A stretch of 64,000 bases of DNA from Alphaproteobacteria bacterium (GCA_965214975.1 OZ244055.1:523314-587313), one strand, 5' to 3'; shown: positions 10,601-19,401, counted from the first letter of the stretch. A program made the numbers and translations. The notes: generated by a model not told the origin, from the letters alone.

Positions 10601-13600
10601 AGAGCGCGGAGACGTCGGCGGTCGAGGCGGCGCCGCGTCCGCGGGTGTCGGTGGCGCGGGTGGCGAGCGCGGTGGCGGAAGGCGCGGGCGCGCGGTTCAC
10701 GGTGACGCGCACGGGGGTGACGACAGGGACGCTGACGGTCCGCTACGACGTGTCGGAGAGCGGCGCCATGGTGGCGTCGGGCGAGGAGGGCGCGAAGAGC
10801 GTCGCTTTCGCGGACGGCGACACCGAGCGGACGGTGACGGTGCCGACGGCCGACGACAGTGTCCACGAGGCGGACAGCGTGGTGACGGTGGCGCTGACGG
10901 CGGATGCGGCGTACGACGTGGGGACCGCCACGGCAACGGTCACGGTCGAGGACAACGACAACGCGGCGCCGACCGGCGCCCCGACCATCGACGACACGAC
11001 GCCGGTGGTGGGCGAGACGCTGACCGCGGATCCGTCGGGCATCGCCGACCCGGACGGGACGGCGGGTCCGACCTACGCCTGGCGGTGGCTCCGGGTGGCG
11101 TCGGGCGGCGGCGAGACGCAGGTCGGGACCGGGACGAGCTACACGGTGGTTGCCGGCGATGTCGGCGCGACGCTGAAGGTGGAGGCGAGCTTCACCGACG
11201 ACGACGGAACCCGGGAGACGGTCGAGAGCGCGGCGACGGCGACGGTCGAGGCGGCGCCGGTGCCGACGGTGTCGGTGGCGCGGGTGGCGGGCCCGGTGTC
11301 GGAAGGCGCGGGCGCGCAGTTCACGGTGACGCGCACGGGGGTCACGGAGGGCGCGCTGACGGTCCGCTACGACGTGTCGGAGAGCGGCGCCATGGTGGCG
11401 TCGGGCGAGGAGGGCGCGAAAAGCGTCGCTTTCGCGGACGGCGACACCGAGCGGACGGTGACGGTGCCGACGGCCGACGACAACGCTCACGAGGCGGACA
11501 GCGTGGTGACGCTGACGCTGGCGGCGGATGCGGCCTGGAACCTGGGGACCGACACGGCAACGGTCACGGTCGAGGACGACGACAACGCAGCCCCGACCGG
11601 CGCGCCGACCATCGACGACACGACGCCGGTGGTGGGCGAGACGCTGACCGCGGACGCATCGGGCATCGGCGACCCGGACGGTCTGACGGGTCCGACCTAC
11701 GCCTGGCGGTGGCTCCGGGTGGCGTCGGGCGGCGGCGAGACGGAGGTCGGCACCGGGACGAGCTACACGGTGGTTGCCGGTGACGTCGGCGCAACGCTGA
11801 AGGTGGAGGCAGCCTTCACCGACGACGACGGCACCGCGGAGACGGTCGAGAGCGCGGCGACGGCGACGGTCGCGGCGGCGGTGCGTCCGAGGGTGTCGGT
11901 GGCGCGGGTGGCGGGCCCGGTGGAGGAAGGCGAGGACGCGCGGTTCAGGGTGACGCGCACAGGCGTCACGGCGGGCGCGCTGACGGTCCGCTACAGCGTG
12001 TCGGAGACCGGCGCCATGGTGGCGTCGGGCGAGGAAGGCGCGCGGACCGTCGCTTTCGGGGACGGCGACACCGGGAAGACGGTGACGGTGCCGACGGTGG
12101 AAGACAGCGCTCACGAGGCGGACAGCGTGGTGACGCTGACCCTGACGGCGGATGCGGCCTACGACCTGGGGACCGCCGCGGCAACGGTCACGGTCGAGGA
12201 CGACGACAACGCGGCGCCGACCGGCGCGCCGACCATCGACGACACGACGCCGGTGGTGGGCCAGACGCTGACCGCGGACGCCTCGGGGATCGGCGACGCG
12301 GACGGGACGGCGGGCGCGATCTACGCCTGGCAGTGGATCCGGACATCGGGCGGGACGGACACGCGGATCGGCGGGGCGACCGCGGCGACCTACACGGTGG
12401 CCGACGCGGACGCGGGCGCGACGCTGAAGGCGGAGGTGGCCTTCACCGACGACGACGGAACCCGGGAGACGGTCGAGAGCGCGGCGACGGCGACGGTCGC
12501 GCCGCGTCCGACGGTGACGCTGGTCCTGACCCCGGATTCGGTCACGGAGGCCGGCGGGGAGAGCGTGGTGACGGCGCGCCTGGACCGCGCGTCGGGCGCG
12601 GACACGACGGTGACGGTGTCGGCGGCGCCGGTGGCGCCGGCGACGGAGGCCGACTACCGGCTGGGCGCGAACCGGGTGCTGACAATCGCGGCGGGCGGGA
12701 CGGAGAGCGTCGGGCGGGTGACGGTGACGGCCGTGAACAACGCCGTGGACGCGCCGGACAGGGCGGTGACGGTGACGGGCAAGGCGGCGAACCGCCAGGG
12801 TCTCGCGGGCGACCCGGAGCCGGTGACGCTGACGATCCGGGACAACGACGCCGCGCCGACGGTGACGCTGCACCTGTCCCGGCCCGCGATCGTCGAGGAC
12901 GGCGGGACGACCGCGGTGACGGCGCGCCTGTCCCACCCGTCGAGCGCGGACACGACGGTGACGGTGGAGGCGACGCTGGCGGCGGCGGAGCGGCTGTCGG
13001 TCGCGGCGACGGAGGAGCTGCCGTACGTGCTGAGCGACAACAGGGAGCTGAGGATCCCGGCGGGCGGGACGGAAAGCGTGGGGCTGGTGACGATCACCGC
13101 CGTGGACAACGACGCGGAGGCGCCGGACAGGAAGGTGACGGTGACGGCCACAGCGGCCAACGCCCAGGGGGTCGCGGTCCCGCAGGCGCCGGGGGCTCCG
13201 GCGCTGGCGGCGACGCTGACGATCGCGGACGACGAGGGGCGGGAGCTGTCGATCGGCAATGCGCGCGCGGCCGAGGGCTCCGGCGCGGCGCTGCGGTTCG
13301 CGGTGACGCTGGAGCCGCCGGCGGCGGCCGAGGTGACGGTCGACTGGACAGTCTTCGACGGGACGGCGCGGGCCGGAAAGGATCACGGGGCGGGGAGCGG
13401 CACCCTGACCTTCGGCGCCGGGGAGAGTGCCGGGACGGTGACGGTCGCGGTGACCGACGACGACGCGGACGAGCCCGACGAGACGGTCACGGTGGTGCTG
13501 TCGAACCCGTCGGGCGCGACGGTCGCGAGGGCCGAGGGGACGGGAACGATCACCGACGACGACGCGGCGCCGGCGGTGTCGCTGCGCCTGACGCCGGACA

Positions 13601-15324
13601 CGATCGCGGAGAACGGCGGGACGGCGACGGTGACGGCGCGCCTGGACCGGCCGTCGAGCGAGAGGACGACGGTGACGGTGTCGGCGGCGCCGGTGGCGCC
13701 GGCGACGGCGGCCGACTACCGGCTGGGCGCGAACCGGGTGCTGACGGTCGCGGCGGGCGAGAGGGAGAGCGCCGGGGTGGTGACGATCGCGGCCGTGGAC
13801 AACGACGCGGAGGCGCCGGACAGGACGGTGACGGTGTCGGGCAAGGCGACGAACCGCCAGGGTCTCGCGGGCGACCCGGAGCCGGTGACGCTGACGATCG
13901 CGGACGACGAGCTCGTCGAGGAGCGCCGCCGCAGGCTCGGGTACGCGCTGGCGGCGTTCGGCCGCGCGGTGGCGCGGGATCTGGTCGCGGCCGTCGAGGA
14001 CAGGCCGCGGTCGGCGAGGGCCGGGACGACGGCGACGCTTGGGGGGACGCCCCTGGTCTCGCTCCGGTCCGGAGAGGGGGTGCACGGGGCGTTGCGGCGA
14101 TATGTCGGCTCCGACGGCGACCTGCCGGACGGGGCGGAGTGGCGGGAGCTGCTGTCGCGGAGCAGCTTCCAGCTTTCCCTGGGCGGGGAAGGCGAGGCGG
14201 GCGGCGCGGGAGTCCCGGTGCTGTGGGGCCGCGGCAGCCTGAGCCGGAGCGCGGGCAGGCTGGATCCGGAGGTGACGACGCGGGGAGAGACGCTCTCCGG
14301 GCAGCTGGGGCTGGAGCTTCGTGTTCGGGAGGACACGCTGCTCGGCGTCATGCTGAGCGGCAGCTCCGGGGAGGTGGAGTTCGACGGGGAGCGCGATGCG
14401 GATGTGGAGACGGAGCTCGTCGGTGTGCACCCCTACGCGCGGTGGTCGCCGCGGCGGGGTCTGAGGACGTGGGCGATGCTGGGCTACGGCACCGGCGAGG
14501 CGGTCCTGAGGGACGGCTTCTCCACCCGGACGGGCACCGGCGTCGAGACCGACATCGAGATGACGATGGCGGCGGGCGGAGGGAGCAACGAAGTGGCGTC
14601 GCTGTGGGGTGTCGACTGGTCGGTGGGGACGAGCGGCTTCCTCGTGCAGCTCGACGCGGACGGACAGGCGGAGCTGCTGCCGGCTCTGGAGTCCGGGGTC
14701 TGGCAAGCGCGGCTGCTGCTGGAAGGCAGCGCCGGGGAGGGCTTCGGCGGGGTCGAGGGGCTGAGGGGCAACGTCGAGCTGGCGGCGCGGGTCGATGGCG
14801 GGGACGCGGAGAGCGGCATGGGGGTGGAGCTGGGCGGGGGCGTCGGGTACGGACATGCGGACCTGGGCCTCGAGGTCGAGGCGAGCGGTCGCGTGCTGCT
14901 GTCGCACGAGGAAGAGGGTCTGGAGGACGCCGGGGTGAGGCTGGGGCTGGAGTTCGACCCGGGCGCGTCCGGCCGGGGACTGTACTTCGCGCTGACGTCC
15001 TCGTGGGGCAACGCGGCAAGCGGGGCCCGGTCGGTGTGGGAGGGGCGGCGGACGACGGCCGGCGGGTCCGGCGGGCGGGATCCGTTCGACCCGGAGATGC
15101 GGTTGAGCTCCGAGTTCGGCCACGCCGCGCCCGCGCTGGCGGGGCGCGGCACCCTCACCACCTACGGCGCGTTCTCGTCCGACGGCGACGCGACGCACCG
15201 GTACCGCGTCGGCCGGCGGCTGGAGCTCGACGTCCTGTCGATGAGCCTCGAGGCCGAACTTCGCGAGAGCGCCGACGCGGCGCCCGGGCACGGTGTCCGG
15301 CTGACAGGCAGCATCCGTTTCTGA
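4660..15324 (+). CDS. Giant repetitive surface adhesin / autotransporter-like protein (Ig/cadherin-like + Calx-beta repeats, C-terminal beta-barrel)
   Basis: ATG 4660 follows GGAG and gives a signal peptide (..VLLALAGLAPASAQA). Tandem units carry Calx-beta-like (VTEG..FTLTRTG..TGD..HE..V.DDD) and Ig-like (TLTADTSGLTDADG..WQW..ISGATSRTY) motifs. The C-terminus has amphipathic beta strands and ends in SIRF. The ORF track gives an alternative TTG start at 4582. Confidence 0.85.
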   Translation: MTARNGAAPHRRLAPAACVLLALAGLAPASAQAQVDDYISNLKTFTLDSTEDGNEITTSRHFSQEFRTGSRSGGYPLSEVVLGLTYIGTGAVEVTIRENLVDANERNVPGTTRYTLTSPSPLSAGRNTFTAPPNATLEADTAYHIVAESTSGSAARWINIFSHRYALIDNAGGWDINFDYLRKSGQAAWSPVRSDRALAAAVRGDDDSPTTGSVAVTGTAAEGGTLTADTSGLTDADGLDSAAYAWQWVRTPAGGGDEDISGATSRTYVPVYADAGATLKVRVAVTDDKGHEETFESAPTPAVAAAARPSVTVASDGDVTEGGAAVFTLTRTGDTAEELDVAHSVTATGDFGVTTGAGTATFPANNATVRVSVATTGDGAHEAHGSVTVALTADTGADPAYLLGDPAAATAAVEDDDDSPATGSVAVTGTPTEGGTLTADTSGLTDGDGLANAAWAYQWVRTPPGGGDADISGATSRTYVPVYADAGATLKVRVTVTDDENHEASFASAPTPPVAALPRPSVTVASAGNVTEGSPAVFTLTRTGDTGQPLDVAYEVAAAGDFGVTPFSGTATFPANGSAVQVSVATTGDGAHEAHGSVTVALTADTGADPAYLLGAPAAATAAVGDDDDSPATGSVTVTGTAREGQTLTADTSGLADGDGLANASHVWQWVRTPAGGSDADISGATSKTYSLNTLDVGATLKVRVTVTDDEGHEATFTSAPTAAVAALPEVSVMHGDSPITEGGVATFTFTLSKTIGDIPLRVNIRRTETGNMMFPNNLGRSVVVFGPNQTTLTVSYPTVADDTTEPNSTVTVEVLERNYYKPGTPSMASVEVRDDDDSPATGTVTVTGTPAEGGTLTADTSGLTDADGLDNAAYAWQWVRTPAGGGDADISGATSRTYVPVYADAGATLKVRVTVTDDEGHEATFTSAPTPPVAAAARPSVTVASDGDVTEGGAAVFTLTRTGDTAEELDVAHSVTATGDFGVTTGAGTATFPANNATVRVSVATTGDGAHEAHGSVTVALTADTGADPAYLLGDPAAATAAVEDDDDSPATGSVAVTGTAAEGGTLTADTSGLTDADGLANAAYAWQWVRTPAGGGDEDISGATSRTYVPVYADAGATLKVRVTVTDDEGHEATFTSAPTPPVAAAARPSVTVASDGDVTEGGAAVFTLTRTGDTAEELDVAHSVTATGDFGVTTGAGTATFPANNATVRVSVATTGDGAHEAHGSVTVALTADTGADPAYLLGDPAAATAAVEDDDDSPATGSVAVTGTAAEGGTLTADTSGLTDADGLDNAAYAWQWVRTPAGGSDEDISGATSRTYVPVYADAGATLKVRVAVTDDEGHEATFESAPTPPVAAAARPSVTVASDGDVTEGGAAVFTLTRTGDTAEELDVAHSVTATGDFGITTGAGTATFPANGATVRVSVATTGDGAHEAHGSVTVALTADTGADPAYLLGDPAAATAAVEDDDDSPATGSVAVTGTAAEGGTLTADTSGLTDADGLDNAAYVYQWVRTPAGGSDEDISGATSRTYVPVYGDAGATLKVRVAVTDDEGHEATFTSAPTPPVAVATRPSVTVVSDGDVTEGGAAVFTVTRTGDTARTLDVDYEVTASGDFGVTAFEATLAFLANSAAVQLSVPTTGDGTHEAHGSVTLALTADTSAAPAYLLGDPAAATAAVEDDDDSPTTGAVTVTGTAREGETLTADTSGLADGDGLDSAAHAWQWVRTPSGGGDADISGATSRTYVPVFADAGATLKVRVTVTDDEGHEATFTSVPTAAVAARPRPEVTVASDGDVTEGSPAAFTLTRTGATTKKLGVAYEVTATGAFGAATGAGTATFPANGATVRVSVATTGDGAHEAHGSVTVALTADTGADPAYLPGDPAAATAAVRDDDNVAPTGAPTIDDTTPVVGQTLTADASGIGDADGTAGATYAWRWLRVATGGGETEVGTGATYAVVAGDAGSTLKVEARFTDDGGTGETVESAETSAVEAAPRPRVSVARVASAVAEGAGARFTVTRTGVTTGTLTVRYDVSESGAMVASGEEGAKSVAFADGDTERTVTVPTADDSVHEADSVVTVALTADAAYDVGTATATVTVEDNDNAAPTGAPTIDDTTPVVGETLTADPSGIADPDGTAGPTYAWRWLRVASGGGETQVGTGTSYTVVAGDVGATLKVEASFTDDDGTRETVESAATATVEAAPVPTVSVARVAGPVSEGAGAQFTVTRTGVTEGALTVRYDVSESGAMVASGEEGAKSVAFADGDTERTVTVPTADDNAHEADSVVTLTLAADAAWNLGTDTATVTVEDDDNAAPTGAPTIDDTTPVVGETLTADASGIGDPDGLTGPTYAWRWLRVASGGGETEVGTGTSYTVVAGDVGATLKVEAAFTDDDGTAETVESAATATVAAAVRPRVSVARVAGPVEEGEDARFRVTRTGVTAGALTVRYSVSETGAMVASGEEGARTVAFGDGDTGKTVTVPTVEDSAHEADSVVTLTLTADAAYDLGTAAATVTVEDDDNAAPTGAPTIDDTTPVVGQTLTADASGIGDADGTAGAIYAWQWIRTSGGTDTRIGGATAATYTVADADAGATLKAEVAFTDDDGTRETVESAATATVAPRPTVTLVLTPDSVTEAGGESVVTARLDRASGADTTVTVSAAPVAPATEADYRLGANRVLTIAAGGTESVGRVTVTAVNNAVDAPDRAVTVTGKAANRQGLAGDPEPVTLTIRDNDAAPTVTLHLSRPAIVEDGGTTAVTARLSHPSSADTTVTVEATLAAAERLSVAATEELPYVLSDNRELRIPAGGTESVGLVTITAVDNDAEAPDRKVTVTATAANAQGVAVPQAPGAPALAATLTIADDEGRELSIGNARAAEGSGAALRFAVTLEPPAAAEVTVDWTVFDGTARAGKDHGAGSGTLTFGAGESAGTVTVAVTDDDADEPDETVTVVLSNPSGATVARAEGTGTITDDDAAPAVSLRLTPDTIAENGGTATVTARLDRPSSERTTVTVSAAPVAPATAADYRLGANRVLTVAAGERESAGVVTIAAVDNDAEAPDRTVTVSGKATNRQGLAGDPEPVTLTIADDELVEERRRRLGYALAAFGRAVARDLVAAVEDRPRSARAGTTATLGGTPLVSLRSGEGVHGALRRYVGSDGDLPDGAEWRELLSRSSFQLSLGGEGEAGGAGVPVLWGRGSLSRSAGRLDPEVTTRGETLSGQLGLELRVREDTLLGVMLSGSSGEVEFDGERDADVETELVGVHPYARWSPRRGLRTWAMLGYGTGEAVLRDGFSTRTGTGVETDIEMTMAAGGGSNEVASLWGVDWSVGTSGFLVQLDADGQAELLPALESGVWQARLLLEGSAGEGFGGVEGLRGNVELAARVDGGDAESGMGVELGGGVGYGHADLGLEVEASGRVLLSHEEEGLEDAGVRLGLEFDPGASGRGLYFALTSSWGNAASGARSVWEGRRTTAGGSGGRDPFDPEMRLSSEFGHAAPALAGRGTLTTYGAFSSDGDATHRYRVGRRLELDVLSMSLEAELRESADAAPGHGVRLTGSIRF
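5272..10329 (+). repeat. Eight ~633-bp (211-aa) intragenic tandem repeats (type A)
   Basis: Units start at about 5272, 5905, 6538, 7165, 7798, 8431, 9064 and 9697. Units 1 and 4-6 are nearly identical at DNA level. Confidence 0.9.
10330..12505 (+). repeat. About 3.5 copies of a 624-bp (208-aa) intragenic repeat (type B)
   Basis: Units start at about 10330, 10954, 11578 and 12202 (DNxAPTGAPTIDDTTPVVG..). Confidence 0.85.
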
Positions 15325-15511
15325 TCGGAAGAGGGGACGGACACGGTCCGTCCATCCGCGTCACCGGGCCCGGGGGAAACGTTGCCCCCGACCTCGCCCG
15401 GCACGGGCTCTTCCGCGACCGCCGACGACCCCGATCGGGACCGTCAAGTGTCGCCAGAATCCGCACCTCGCCGGAACCGACCCCTCCGAACGGAAAAAGT
15501 GCCAACTTGGG

Positions 15512-15991
15512 CTAATCGCTTGATGGCAGCCCCAAGCGCTTGAGGGCTTCGGTTGCCGAGTTGCTGACATCCACACGTGCTTTATTCGACAGTTCGATCC
15601 ATAGTCGACGTTGTGTTTCGTCCCCGTCGCGTCCGGGTGGTCCCGCCAGGGCACGGATGCCTTCACGCACCGTCGAAACGTTTGAGTAGTGGTCGAACAC
15701 AGACTCAACGTTATCGGGCGCGACCGTCGCCAAATCCGCACCATGTCGTTCGAAGGCGACGGTTGACAGCTTTCCGATCAAGTAATGGGCATTGCTGGCA
15801 TCCAAAGATCCCCGCGTAGCAATGCGGTTCCGCTCCAGTTCCCGACCGATGCTCGCCAAGATCTCTTCCCGGCGACGTGCTTCCTTGCGACGATCGTCCC
15901 TTGAGCGTTGCCATCCCGTAAGCCCAAGAGTGACAAGGCTGACAATCACCCCCGACAGTGTCGAGAGAACCAATCCGAGCAATGCGTCCAA
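15512..15991 (-). CDS. Hypothetical protein with N-terminal TM helix and charged helical region (lower GC)
   Basis: ORF 15512-16057; likely TTG start at 15991 after AAGGGG; LLGLVLSTLSGVIVSLVTLGL followed by RDDRRKEARRREE. Confidence 0.55.
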   Translation of the reverse strand: MDALLGLVLSTLSGVIVSLVTLGLTGWQRSRDDRRKEARRREEILASIGRELERNRIATRGSLDASNAHYLIGKLSTVAFERHGADLATVAPDNVESVFDHYSNVSTVREGIRALAGPPGRDGDETQRRLWIELSNKARVDVSNSATEALKRLGLPSSD

Positions 15992-16070
15992 TCGCCGACC
16001 CCTTGTACCTGATCCCGTCACCGACTCGCTCGTAGCCAGACCGCTATAAACCCCCAAACTCAGACACTAA

Positions 16071-16542
16071 GGAGGAACTTGCAAAATTCCGCGTTCGAGG
16101 GAATTTTTTTGCCGTGGCGGCCGAATTTCCCTGGCAATCGGGGCCGCTCCATGATTCTGTCGGGTTTCCAACGACCTGGACAGAAGGAGCAGCCCCGTGG
16201 CGCCAATGCGGACTTTGTACCAGTCCTGGCATCACGTTCAAGCCGAGCTGTTCCCGTGGCTCGAGAAGGAGGCCGGGCCGCTTGGCGAGAGACACTGGCG
16301 CCTCGCGGCGGTTCCCGGGTTCGCGCGCGTCGAGAGCCTGAGAATGGTACAGAGAACTGTGTCCGCCCTCCGACGGGCGGGCGCGAATCGGACCCGCACC
16401 GGCCCCGGATCCCGAAGAATCGGCTTGCCGGCGCCGCCCGGGCGGACAGGCGAGGGGGTCGACCGCCGAAAGTTCCCATCGTGTTCGACCCGCGGACGCC
16501 CCGGGCCGGGCTTCGCCGTCCGGGAGTCTTGCAAGTTCCTCC
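16071..16542 (+). mobile_element. Internally deleted IS derivative (MITE-like; IS1182/IS5-like) with intact terminal inverted repeats
   Basis: Left end GGAGGAACTTGCAAAATTCC (16071-16090) and right end GGAGTCTTGCAAGTTCCTCC (16523-16542) match 18/20 as an inverted repeat. Inside is a transposase-like N-terminus, LYQSWHHVQAELFPWLEKEAGPLGERH..ARVE. Confidence 0.75.
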
Positions 16543-16578
16543 GGTTTCAGACCGTTGCGTTCGCGCCGCCGGCATCCG

Positions 16579-19398
16579 TCACCGCGTCCGGCGGGCAGGA
16601 GACCGTGCTACCCGTCGTTGTCTCCTCCTCGGATTCATGCCGGCCGCCAGCGGCGCCCGCATCTTCTCGTACAGCGTGAGCAGATGCTCGACGCGCTCTC
16701 GCTCGGAGGCGAAGCCCGCGCGCCGGTAGAGCCGGTCCACCGCGCGGTCGAGCGCCCGATGCGCCCGGCGCAGGTCCGGGGGCATGAGATCCGGGTCGTA
16801 GAGATCGGCGAGCGTCGCGCCCGGATGGGTGGCGCGCGCGTCCAGCACGGCCTGCGCCGGCGGCTCCAGCCTCGACAGGTCCGAGCCCTTGGGCGGCAGC
16901 GGGAAGGTGTTGTAGACGAGGCCGATGGAATAGCGGTAACGACTTTCCAGCCGCCCGCCGACATGGCGCAGCCACGCCATGTGCATCGCCGAGGTCAGCA
17001 GCGCGAAATCGACCAGTGCGGCGTTTTCCAGAACGCGAACGAGGTTGCTCGGAATCACCGGCGGCTCCAGCCAGTCGATGGGCAGGTATTCCCGCCGCTC
17101 GGAACTGACCTCGGGAATCACCAGAAACGGCGTGGCGGGGACGACTTCGACGTTGTACCGCGTCGGATAATCGGCAATCGCCAACGTGCTCCTGCGCCTG
17201 CTCCTTGACCGGAACTCGCGAACCGCCGACATGCGCTGGCGTACAATCGGAAGCTCCTTCAATGCCGTTGGCGTAGCCTCCTGCAAGGCGAGTATCCATC
17301 GCTCGCCGCCTTGCAGGTACTCCTGAGCGCCCACGAAGGGGCGCAGGAAAGACTCCGCGCCCGGCTCGGCTTCCAACAGTGCAACGCGTTCCTCTGCATC
17401 GAAGATATACTCGCCATTATCGATTGGCTGGCTTCCGCTAAGCAAACGCCCCATCCCGTTGATCGGTGAGCTTTCCTTCCGCACCACCAGCTGCGGGTCG
17501 GAGAGGCCGCCGGCGTCGAACAGGTACGGGGAGAGCGCAGCATGACGGCTTTCCTCGGGCTCGCCGTTGATGTCGGGATAGCTGAACAGCCGCTTGTCGG
17601 CCCGCGCGGCCTCCCGCCGGTCGAGGCCGAGAATGACGACGTGCACATGCGCCTTGCCGCGCGCGTCCGATCCCCATGCGAAGGTCCGGTGCGCGAAGGC
17701 GATCTCCAGCTTGCAGCGCTCGAACAGGACCGGCCAGAGCTGTGCAGCCAGCTCGCCCTGGGTGATGGAGTTGGTCGCGACGAAGCCGATCCGGGCGCGG
17801 CCGCCCTTCACGTACTCTCCCGCCTTGATGAACCACGCGGCCACGTAGTCGAGCGTGCCGCCGCGCCCGCCGAGCGCGGCGACGCTGCGCACCTGGGCGC
17901 GCTGCTCCTCCGTCTGGTACTTGGCGCCCACGAAGGGCGGATTGCCGAGAACGAAGGAGCAGTCCCCCGGCGGCAGCAATTCGGACCAGTCGGTTTCCAG
18001 CGCGTCGCCGTGGACGATGCGCGGCGACTTCGCAAGCGGGATGCGCGCGTAGGACTGGCCAAACTCCAGACTCAGCCTGCTGTTCATGATGTGGTCCATC
18101 ATCCACAGCGCGGTTTCCGCGATGCGTGACGGGAACTCGCCAAGCTCGATCCCGTGGAACTGGTCCACGTCCACCATCGACTGCCATGCGGTATCGAGCA
18201 CTGCCTGCGTCGTCGCGGCGGTCGCGTCCCGAATCTCCCGGATGACATCGATCTCGAGCAGCCGCAATTCCCGGTAGGCGATGACGAGGAAGTTGCCGCA
18301 GCCGCAGGCCGGGTCGAAGAGCGTCAGCCGTCCGAGCCTGGACTGAAAGCGCCGAAGCTCCGCCAGACGCCGGCTGTCCTTGCGAGCCTTCAACCGCTCG
18401 AACTCGGCGCGCAGGTCGTCCATCAACAGCGGCTCGATCACCTTGAGGATGTTCTTCTCGGTCGTGTAGTGCCCGCCTTGGGCACGCCGTTCCGCCGGGT
18501 CCATCACCGACTGGAAAAGCGCCCCGAAGATCGCGGGCGAGATGTTCGACCAGTCGAAGCGGCAGGCGTCCAGCAGCGCGCCGCGCATCGCCGCGTCGAA
18601 CGAGAACGTCTGCAGGTGTCCCTTGAAGAGGTCGCCGTCGACGTGCGGGAACCGCGCCAGATCCTCGTCAAGGGTCGTGGGTCGCTCCGCCTCCGGCGTG
18701 TCGAGCACCTCGAACAGCTGCGCGAGCCACGGGCCGAGATCGGCCCCGTCCTCGCCGGTGCGCGTCTCGATGAAGTCGAGGAAGATGTCGCGCGGCTCGA
18801 ACACCCCGGTGTCGTCGGCGAACATGCAGAACACGACCCGCACGAGAAACCGTTCCAGGTCGTGGCCCCGGTGTCCGGCATCCGCGAGCGCGTCGTGAAG
18901 CCGCCCGACCAGCTCGGCGGCCTTGATGTTCGCCGGATCCTGATCGCGAAACGTCCGACGCTGCACGCCGAGGATGAAGCCGAACGCCTCGACATGGGCA
19001 GGCAGGTCCGCGAGCGCGAACGCGACCGCCTCCCGTTCGTCGAGATCGTGAAGCTCGAAGGTCCGGAAGTCGCTCACCAGGATGTAGCGCGGGCGTTCGC
19101 GGTCCGGCAGCGCGTCGAAATACCCCCCTGCCTGTTCGTAGGCCGCCTGCAGGTCGCTCCCGGCGCTCTTCTGCTCGACGAGGAGAACGCCCGGCCAGAA
19201 CAGGTCGATGAAGCCCGAGCGGTTGTCCAGCTTCGCGACATGCGCCTCGTAGCGCGCGACGTTCCGCCGCCGGACCCCGAACACGTCGAAAAAGGCGTTG
19301 TAGAAACTCTGCGTCTCGCCTTTCTCGTAGGCCGCGTCCTTCCAGTCCTCGGCGAAGGCGGCGGCGCGGGCGCGGATCTCGTTCCACGACAGGCGCAC
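16579..19398 (-). CDS. MmeI/YeeA-like Type IIL restriction-modification enzyme (nuclease + m6A methyltransferase + TRD)
   Basis: N-terminal FIDLFWPGVLLVEQKS nuclease motif; GxHYT; motif I FDPACGCGNF; motif IV GNPPF; FVATNSITQGE; GGRLESRYRYS; LADLYDPDLMP. Confidence 0.93.
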   Translation of the reverse strand: MRLSWNEIRARAAAFAEDWKDAAYEKGETQSFYNAFFDVFGVRRRNVARYEAHVAKLDNRSGFIDLFWPGVLLVEQKSAGSDLQAAYEQAGGYFDALPDRERPRYILVSDFRTFELHDLDEREAVAFALADLPAHVEAFGFILGVQRRTFRDQDPANIKAAELVGRLHDALADAGHRGHDLERFLVRVVFCMFADDTGVFEPRDIFLDFIETRTGEDGADLGPWLAQLFEVLDTPEAERPTTLDEDLARFPHVDGDLFKGHLQTFSFDAAMRGALLDACRFDWSNISPAIFGALFQSVMDPAERRAQGGHYTTEKNILKVIEPLLMDDLRAEFERLKARKDSRRLAELRRFQSRLGRLTLFDPACGCGNFLVIAYRELRLLEIDVIREIRDATAATTQAVLDTAWQSMVDVDQFHGIELGEFPSRIAETALWMMDHIMNSRLSLEFGQSYARIPLAKSPRIVHGDALETDWSELLPPGDCSFVLGNPPFVGAKYQTEEQRAQVRSVAALGGRGGTLDYVAAWFIKAGEYVKGGRARIGFVATNSITQGELAAQLWPVLFERCKLEIAFAHRTFAWGSDARGKAHVHVVILGLDRREAARADKRLFSYPDINGEPEESRHAALSPYLFDAGGLSDPQLVVRKESSPINGMGRLLSGSQPIDNGEYIFDAEERVALLEAEPGAESFLRPFVGAQEYLQGGERWILALQEATPTALKELPIVRQRMSAVREFRSRSRRRSTLAIADYPTRYNVEVVPATPFLVIPEVSSERREYLPIDWLEPPVIPSNLVRVLENAALVDFALLTSAMHMAWLRHVGGRLESRYRYSIGLVYNTFPLPPKGSDLSRLEPPAQAVLDARATHPGATLADLYDPDLMPPDLRRAHRALDRAVDRLYRRAGFASERERVEHLLTLYEKMRAPLAAGMNPRRRQRRVARSPARRTR

Positions 19399-19401
19399 GG
19401 T

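Noticed and set aside
5272-12505. Repeat array as CRISPR or DGR template/variable repeats
   Set aside because: Units are >600 bp in-frame coding repeats, with no spacers, no cas or reverse-transcriptase genes and no evident adenine-specific mismatch pattern.
5239-15291. 3350-aa antisense ORF and many other long Arg/Pro/Gly-rich ORFs
   Set aside because: Shadow frames of real genes in very high-GC DNA, with no recognisable motifs.
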